Part shown: in pieces, positions 56,519-64,000 of the stretch
Position numbering within the stretch: position 1 is the first letter of the stretch
Layout of the letters: every line of letters begins with the position of its first letter
NCBI GenBank assembly: GCA_977018835.1
Contig: OZ361258.1
Location: 1,674,001-1,738,000 of the forward strand
Direction: 5' to 3'
DNA from: Minutocellus sp. GHC0000111
Taxonomy: Eukaryota
DNA length: 64,000 nt
Notes under the pieces: generated by a model
Database searches by the model: none
Told to the model about the DNA's origin: nothing
The model's input: the letters and a program-made list of their open reading frames with translations, nothing else
Position numbers and translations under genes: made by a program

Positions 56519-58661
56519 CGGGTGCCCTCTGCAATGCTCCTGATATATTCCAAGAGAAAATTAATGATTTATTCTATGGTTTCGAGCATATCCAAGCATA
56601 TCTGGATGATGTGCTTCTTACTACAAAAGATACATGGGATAATCACCTCGAGGAACTCGAGCGTGTGCTTCTCAGAATTGCCGAGGCTGGCCTGAAAGTA
56701 AATGCAGACAAATCATTCTTTGGCCGCTTCGAATGCGAATACCTTGGATACTGGGTGACGCGCGATGGCATCCGTCCCCTCGCAAAGAAAGTTGAAGCAG
56801 TTGCTAATCTTGCTCCGCCAAAATCCGTCAAGCAAGTCCGTCGATTCGTCGGCCTTGTCAATTACTACCGCGACATGTGGCCTCGACGAGCACATATTCT
56901 CGCGCCTCTCACAAAACTGACGTCCAAGAAAAATACATTCGTATGGACGACCGTCGAACAAGAAGCGTTCGACGAGATGAAGCGTATCATCGGACGTGAC
57001 GCGCTCCTCGCTTATCCTGACTTCGATGACGAGTTCATCATTCACACCGACGCAAGCAAAACCCAACTCGGGGCCGTTATTTCTCAGAAGGGAAGGCCTA
57101 TCGCATTCTATTCCCGCAAATTGTCTGACGCGCAGACGCGCTACCTAGGTACACGACAACGGAACGAGAACTTTTGAGTATCGTAGAAACTCTCAAGGAA
57201 TTCAGAAACATCCTTCTTGGCCAGAAAGTCAAGATTTATACGGACCACAAAAATCTGACATACAAACAGTTCAATACAGACCGCGTGATGCGCTGGCGTC
57301 TGCTCATTGAAGAATATGGTCCCGAAATTATTTATGTCAAAGGCCTTGATAACGTAGCAGCTGACGCTCTTTCCCGGCTCAGCCTATCTGGCCTTCCGAC
57401 CGAAAATGACCCTGAAACCTTCGACGAATCGTTTGTTTCGAACGTCGAATTGGCGGAAAGATACGACGTCGCGTTGGATCGCGCTGACGTTGGCTCAATG
57501 CCTTTATCGTACAAAATGTTGCGTAAATACCAAAATCGGGACGCAAGCGTATCTGACCAAATTAGCGCTAAGAAACTACATACGCAGTCCTTTCGTGGGG
57601 CCGGAGGCAAGCAAATTGACCTCGCCTGCACATCCCAGGGGAAGATCTATGTACCGAAACCCCTGCGTAAGCACGTGATTGAATGGTACCACACGTATCT
57701 TATGCATCCTGGAGCGACCAGGACGGAGGAAACAATAAAGCAACACCTCTATTGGCCAGGCCTACAAGATGAAGTGAAGGCCGCAGTAACAAAATGCGCG
57801 ACTTGTCAGAAAAGCAAGAAGCAAATTCGCAAGTTTGGCCATCTGCCAGAGAAAGTAGCAGAAGCAGAACCATGGGAAAAATTATGTGTCGATCTTATCG
57901 GACAATATACTATCCGCCGCAAGGGAAAACATAAGCCTGACTTACAGCTGAAAGCCGTAACAATGATCGATCCAGCAACCGGATGGTTTGAGATCGCTAC
58001 TTACGATGATAAAAGGTCGATGACCGTAGCCAATATTGTCGAGTATACATGGCTATCAAGATATCCACGTCCATCGGAAGTTACCGTCGATCGTGGCAAA
58101 GAATTTATTGGCAGTGCGTTCAAGGATGAACTCTGCGAAAAAGAACATGATATTGAGGTGAAATTTGCTACTACGGCAAATCCACAAGCAAACTCAATTG
58201 TAGAGCGAATACATCAGACCTTGGCGTCGATGGTTCGTTCCAAGGACCTCGAAACATCAGAAGATGTCGAATTCGATTGGCAAGGCGTTCTTGCCGCCGC
58301 TGCGTATGGAATTCGCAGTACATATCATACAACGCTGAAAGCAAGTCCGGGACAGCTAGTATTTGGACGTGATATGAAATTTAATGTTCGTCACGTAGCT
58401 GACTGGCGACTTATACGAGAGCAGAAGCAAAAGATAATAAAAAAGAATAATGAACGTGAGAACGATAGGAGAATTCCTCATCGCTATCGCCGAGGCGACA
58501 AGATATTGTTGCTCAACAAGCAAGCCAACAAGTACGAGCGTCCTTACCTCGGACCGTACAAAGTCCTCGAGTTTCTCCCTGAAAGCGGGAATGTCAGGAT
58601 TCAGAAAGGGCCAATTTCCGAACGCGTCAACATCAGACGAGTGACGCCGTTCCGGGAATAG
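56519..58661 (+). mobile_element. pol: Ty3/Gypsy pol, 5'-truncated (RT - RNase H - integrase), frameshifted by an 8-bp insertion at about 57144
   Basis: RT YLDD. RNase H IHTDAS and YTDHKNL. Integrase HHCC, CVDL, TVDRGKEF and VERIH. Domain order RT-RH-IN. Confidence 0.95.
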
Positions 58662-58708
58662 TAAGGAGGCCTACAGGAAAACAAGGCAACATCGAGCGTG
58701 GGGCCGAA

Positions 58709-58906
58709 TGCAACATGTGATCGTCTGAATGACGATAATATTACGTCATATGGATACGCTCGCTGTTCCCGTCGAGCACACATCATGTGTCGTGCCAAGA
58801 TCTGGCAACGTGTCTCCCAACGTAGATGCCGATCGCATCAAGTTGGAGATCAATCTTATCAAATCTAGTTTAGTCTCTCTGCTCTAGTCACAATCTATTT
58901 CCAACA
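58709..58906 (+). mobile_element. Probable 3' LTR of the Gypsy element
   Basis: Purine-rich GTGGGGCCGAA immediately before TG at 58709, and a candidate ...AACA end at 58906. No 5' LTR is available for comparison. Confidence 0.45.
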
Positions 58907-60454
58907 ATTTTGTGCAACTGCTTTGTTCTACCTTTTCGTGTCTCTGTACCTCGTGCATGGTGCACAGTTGTAAACATGTGCGTTTGTTCTTGCTTAAGAT
59001 TTAAATAAGGTGTAGCTTAATTTTGTAGCACACACTGGCAAAATGTATTGGATGTTCACCCTGGCAGGCTTTCTCCCTTATTTCCCCCCTTTTTAGTTTC
59101 TGAATGACGTCATTATCTGACATGTAAAAATGCTGGATTCCCCTCAATTTTAAATCCTGTTTGGTTTTCGTGCCTTTGTGGATCTCCATTCTTTCATGCT
59201 TAGCATGACTTCTAAGTCACTAGTGCTCATTCGAAAGGTCTTCGCCCATCTGATCAGATCCTCTTTTTGCTTTTTTCCCCAGCTTGGTTTGATTGTATTT
59301 TTGTCTAGTCTTTCAATCCATTTTTCTCTCAGTTGCACTTTCTTGCACAGTGTTGCTCCGTCTCGTTGGCATTTGAGGCCTAGGACTCTGTGGTGATGAA
59401 GCCAAGTGAGAGGTCGCGCACCGGCGACAATGAGACGCCAACCAGAGGCGACGGAAGAACTCCTTGCCGAGAGGAGAGCCAATGAACGCATCCATGGAAA
59501 TTCGCGGTGATTCTTGGAGACGAGAGTGAGACAAGGGAGAGTGCGAAAGGCCATGGAAGAGAAAAAGGTTGTCAAAAGAGTGCTGCTGGGGGGGGGGGAG
59601 ATGACTCCAGAAAGCAGACTGCCTTGGCGCACCGAGACAGGACGAAGGCGCACCTGCAGATAGTTCCGATTACAGCTACAACACAACTGCTAGAAACTTG
59701 AGAACAGTTGACATCAAACAGAAACGGGATGGGTGCACACGAGAAGAGGGGGGAGAAGTGAACAACAATGAATGGTGCGATGACACTGCACGCAGACACG
59801 CCGCATGAAAAAAGGAAGGAATGGTTGTAGCACGAAGTGCCAATTTACAAATAATAGAAAAAGACGCACCCACTAGGGCACCCGGGCCATCTGCTGCGGC
59901 CTCCCTCCTCTCCCACCCCGACACGAACACCGCCTCGAATGAGAAGCCACGCTGCTGTTGATGCCGTGGGATGCGTACGTACGTATACATACGTACGGTA
60001 CGTACGGTGATCAGACCACTGACTCAGTGCCCTCTCCTGACCCTTGATCCATTTGCCAACGACATCTCCGATGGCCCATTTTTCATCTACGTAGGTCCTG
60101 TTCACCTCTACTAGCTATATCTATCTAGCTTAGCTTTAGGACCTCTTAGCAGACCTACGTGACACATCTTTTCCACCCGTGCTCGCCCCCCATTTCGGTT
60201 CGCACCTCACCGGCTTGTGTGTCTTGGGCTCTCTCACTCGTCACGCAAGAAAAACCGACACATCTTCAATCGGCCAAAACGACCGTTTCTTTCGACAATG
60301 TTGGAACGACGATCCAATCCCTTCCCCGAAAGTCCTGACCAGATCGACCCATGTCCAATCGACCACACTTCTCTGGATCGAACCTTCTGTCGATCATCAC
60401 ACGTCTCGCAGCAACGCCGCCGTGCTGCCTGTCTTCGCTGACTGAAACACCAGC

Positions 60455-61640
60455 ATGAATCCCGACGCAGTTTTTGGCCAACCTCTCGGCGCAGCGCCGA
60501 TTCTCCCCACCAAGTTAATCACACGCATGAATGACCCAGGACAACCTCCCCAACGCGAGCGTGTTGCCAAAGAGCGCTCAAGGAACTTCAACAAGCGGCG
60601 GCCAGCACTCCAGCAGGGGGTGCAATGACCACAGCCTCGGCCATTTGGGCCTCGTCGTCAGCGATGCCGAACACACCACCAAAAGCAACGGCCGACCACA
60701 TGTGCCTCCGGCAAATCCTGGCCCCAGCCCCACCATTCCCGCCGTGGCCAATCTAGACCAACGCGATCGTGCAAAATCCGGGGACATTGCATCGAAAAGG
60801 GCCACTGCAACTTGCACGAGCAAGTCAACGCGGCGCTCAAGAATCTCCTCCTCGACTCGATCGACGCCGTCTACATCAATCATCTCGAAGATGACATGCT
60901 CGGTTTCCAGCCAGTCACCATCCGCCAAATCATCGACAGCATTGCCGATCGCCACTTCTTGAAATTCAACGAGACTCAGAAGGAGGAGCTAGAGAAGCAG
61001 TGCGACGGGGGACCCATCGACACACCCACATCGCCACATTCAACAAAGTCTTCAAGGCGTTTGAAACGGCCGGCGAACCCTTCACCAACAAGCAAAAGGT
61101 CTCCAAGTTCTGCCGCTCCGTGCGCAGGTTCTCATTGGCAAAGAGGGCATGCGAGGACTGGGGGACGACAGACCGGAGGCCGAACGCACGTGGGCCAACA
61201 TGCAGTCGGACTTCCGCGATTGGCATGACAAGAAGATGGCCAACACCACCACCGAAGCGGCAGGACATCATGGCGCGAATTTGGCCTCATCGGCCTCGGA
61301 CGATCCATTTCTTTCTCGAGCCGATCTCCTTTTGGCTGACACCACCGAAGCCCTCAAGACCAACCAAGCCATGATGGCGAACCTCGCCAAAAAGAGCAAC
61401 GAGAAGGACGATGCCATTGCCAAACTTCGCCAAGAAACAGCTTCTGTCGGCGCCGCTCGAGGAGAGCAGTTGCGGCACCGACAGGGCAGCCGCCGCTGCT
61501 GCCACTGCTGCCCGTTTGGCCCGTGAAGGAATTCAAAGCCGAGACAGAGTTGAGGACTCCGGCAGTTTTACCCAACCCACCGGCGACGCCACCAGCGGCG
61601 GCTGCGCCACCCGACCTTCTCAGCAAAAGAGAAGAACATG
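60455..61640 (+). mobile_element. gag: Degenerate Ty1/copia (CoDi-like) gag
   Basis: GHLGLVVSDAEH...PANPG, ALKNLLLDSIDAVYINHLEDDMLGF, TWANMQSDF and AGHHGAN across several frameshifted ORFs. Confidence 0.75.
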
Positions 61641-61659
61641 CCGGGTGAGTGGCCAATCG

Positions 61660-64000
61660 ATTCATTGGAGTGTCCAAGGGAGAGGGCGGTGCAGCAGAGG
61701 AGGGGGCAGCGGCAGCAGATTGGGAGGGGCTAACGCTGCTCGCTGCACCCCCGCCGACAGAGGAAGGTCCGGGCCTGTCAGACGAGAAGGTTTCGCTCAG
61801 GGTGATGGCTCGATTGAGCATGTCCTTCAGCTTGGAGTTCTTGCTAACAAAAGCATCCATCCCTGCCTTTTTGCCGCGATTGATGTCTTCTTCACCAGCG
61901 TGGGCCGACAGGCCCACGATCTTCTGGTGAAAGTCCGGCCGATGTTTGGATTCCCATGTGCGACATTGCTCGACACAGTCCAAACCATCAAGGACGGGCA
62001 TCAAAAAGTCGCAAAAGACCACATCAAACTTTGACGATTGCAAGGCCTGGAGACCCTGCATGCCATCGGAGGCGCAGGCAGCTTGGAAACCAAGGTTGGC
62101 CAACGCCCTTCCGATGGACTTGCGAATGACCACAGAGTCGTCAACTGCCAAAGCTCGTTTGGTGTCGGAGCCGGAATCAGGACCCGACCCTTTGATCGGG
62201 ACGAGGCTCTCTTCTCCTGCAGCCACCGCAGCGTCGTTGCCATCCTCCATCGCCTTGGAGACTGCCTCGTAAACCTCCTTGGCATCGCACTTGTCTGAAT
62301 CTTGGACCGAGATCATCTTGCGCTTCTCGCTGCTTGACGAAGGCGAGTCCGATGCCTTGGGACTGGACGAGGCACTAGTCTCGGTGGTGCTTGGCGCCTC
62401 CTCGGGCGAGCAGCTGATCGACAGGGGAACGGCGAACCAAAACATGGACCCAGTCGGCTGGTCCTTGGCGGCAGAGTCCCAGCTCTCCTCCTTCCTCGGT
62501 CGGCAACCGCACCGGCCTCCGAGACTCGACACATTGATGGCGACGGAGCACAGGCCAAGACCGGGCTGGTCGTGGGTGGGCAGAGAGGCGCTGTTCAGGT
62601 CCGTGGAGAAGGGTGAGCACAGCTTCTGCCTCTGCTCGCTGTCGACGCCGGTGCCGGTGTCCCTGCACTCGAACATGAGCATGGACTTGCTTTGGCCCAA
62701 CTTCTTCACGTAGATGCGCATCCGAATGTAGGAATCGGATGATGACAACGATGATGATGAGGCGGCGGGAGTGTGCCTCGCGGCACTCATGAGAAGGTGC
62801 AGGGCCGACCGGAACAGCTTGAGCTCGTCGGAGAGGAGTTCGTCGGGGACCGTCGGGTCGGGTCGGCCACGATCTCGATGGGAGGGGAGGTGCCGTCCGA
62901 AGGGCAGGCTTGCGCCGCGGCCGTGCGGAGGGTGTCGACATAGTCCGACAAGACGACGGTGTGAAGTCTCGACGACGACGCACCTCCCGAGTTGAGTGTG
63001 GAGAGGGACGCCACGCTGGCGCTTCGCGACAGGCCGCCACGTCGAGCATCGCGACCGTCACCAGTGCCATCCTCCTCCTCCTCGTCGATGCTGGGCATGG
63101 GCAGCACCCCTCCCTTGGCTGCTGCCGATGACGACGAAGTGCCGCCGCCGCCACCGCCGGCGGAGGAGGACGACCGCCTGTTGTCGTTGGCAACGTCGGC
63201 CAAGTCGGTGCGGAAGTTGTCAATGGTTTCCGTGCAGATCTTGTCCATGATGGAGAGGGAGGACAGGGCCGATCGGATGTTGGCGTCGGCTTCGGTGCTG
63301 GCACTGGTGCTGGCATCGGACTCGACCATTTTGGACAGCATCTTGCGGGTCGACTCGAGGGGCGTGAGGAGATCGCGGGCCATGCACGCCATCTGTTGAG
63401 GTTGCGATTTGTGGGGTAGGTGAAGCAGGTAAGGAAGGGCATGTCGGAAACAACATGTGTGAGGCAACATGGGGCACATTAATGCATGCATGCATGTACA
63501 TATGTTGATAAGAGGTGCAATGAATGAAACGCACAACACACAACATGCAGTGCAACACACATGCGCATGCGATGGCATGTCACGACCACGACATCACTAT
63601 GACCGGACGTACCACCTTGGACCGGTCGGCCGCCAGGGCCATCCGCTCCTTCCGTCGGTTGACCATGGCCTCCATGACGAGGGCGGCCAGTTCCTTGAGA
63701 TTTTGCTTCTCCATCAGCGTCAGGCCGGCGGGTCGGGTCTTGGTGTCGATGATGCACAGCGTCCCGAGCTTGTACCCCTCGGGACAGATGAGGGGGGCAC
63801 CGGCGTAGAAGCGGATGTGGGGCGCGCCGGTGACGAGGCCGTTGTTGCGGAAGCGCGGATCCTCCAGGGTGTTGGGGACGATGAGGAGGTCCTCGGTGGA
63901 CTGGATGGCGTGGGCGCAGAAGGCCACCTTGCGGGGGGTTTCGCGGACGTCGCCCAGGCCGCGGTTGGACAGGAACCACTGCCGCCCAATGTCGATGAGC
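61660..64000 (-). pseudogene. GAF - histidine kinase - receiver hybrid kinase, degenerate; runs off the window end
   Basis: GAF: FCAHAI...DPRF..N.LVTG.PHIRFYAGAPL...LGTLCIID. Intron at about 63393-63612. H-box reads ARDLLTPL (His replaced by Arg). HATPase: FECRDTGTGV, GLGL, GSMFWF. Receiver: VDDS, CDFLMPVLDG. Frameshift near 62800-62880. Confidence 0.85.

Noticed and set aside
61354..61660. C-terminal extension of the 478-aa kinase ORF
   Set aside because: It is read-through into the antisense strand of the gag relic, open because TAA/TAG codons are depleted.
1..64000. tRNA or rRNA genes and prokaryotic operons or defence systems
   Set aside because: None recognised by eye; the sequence is intron-containing eukaryotic DNA.

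Overview
Eukaryotic nuclear DNA, very probably from a diatom (GT-AG introns, bipartite 'ASAF'-type plastid leaders, KxxK/RxL silaffin-like motifs, CoDi-like copia gag). A gene-dense core (about 16-53 kb) is flanked by transposon-rich zones (about 5-16 kb and 54-64 kb). Genes include an L-type lectin with a silaffin-like tail, tocopherol cyclase, a MAK/ICK kinase, a Tudor-Tudor-chromo DNMT3-type C5 methyltransferase, cathepsin L, a bacterial-type propeller protein, an FG-GAP-like membrane protein, a sulfotransferase-EGF protein, rhodanese, GATase1, RING-H2, secernin, a PDZ-DENN protein and a GAF hybrid histidine kinase relic. Mobile DNA includes two near-identical 3.44-kb DD39D mariners forming an 8.7-kb inverted repeat, a Gypsy pol with a probable LTR, a copia gag relic and nested MITEs. 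Three signals stand out. (1) Repeats show a directional TpA->TpG/CpA hypermutation, the mirror image of fungal RIP, visible by comparing the two mariner copies and as near-total TpA loss at about 60.2-62.7 kb. (2) Exact TA-CCTAGG-TA insertions match the termini of the resident mariner, and related TA-flanked palindromic scars fill the intergenic DNA. (3) Five in-frame nonsense codons and an apparent exon deletion cluster in otherwise intact host genes at 22-38.5 kb. All counts and alignments were made by eye; no database searches were run.
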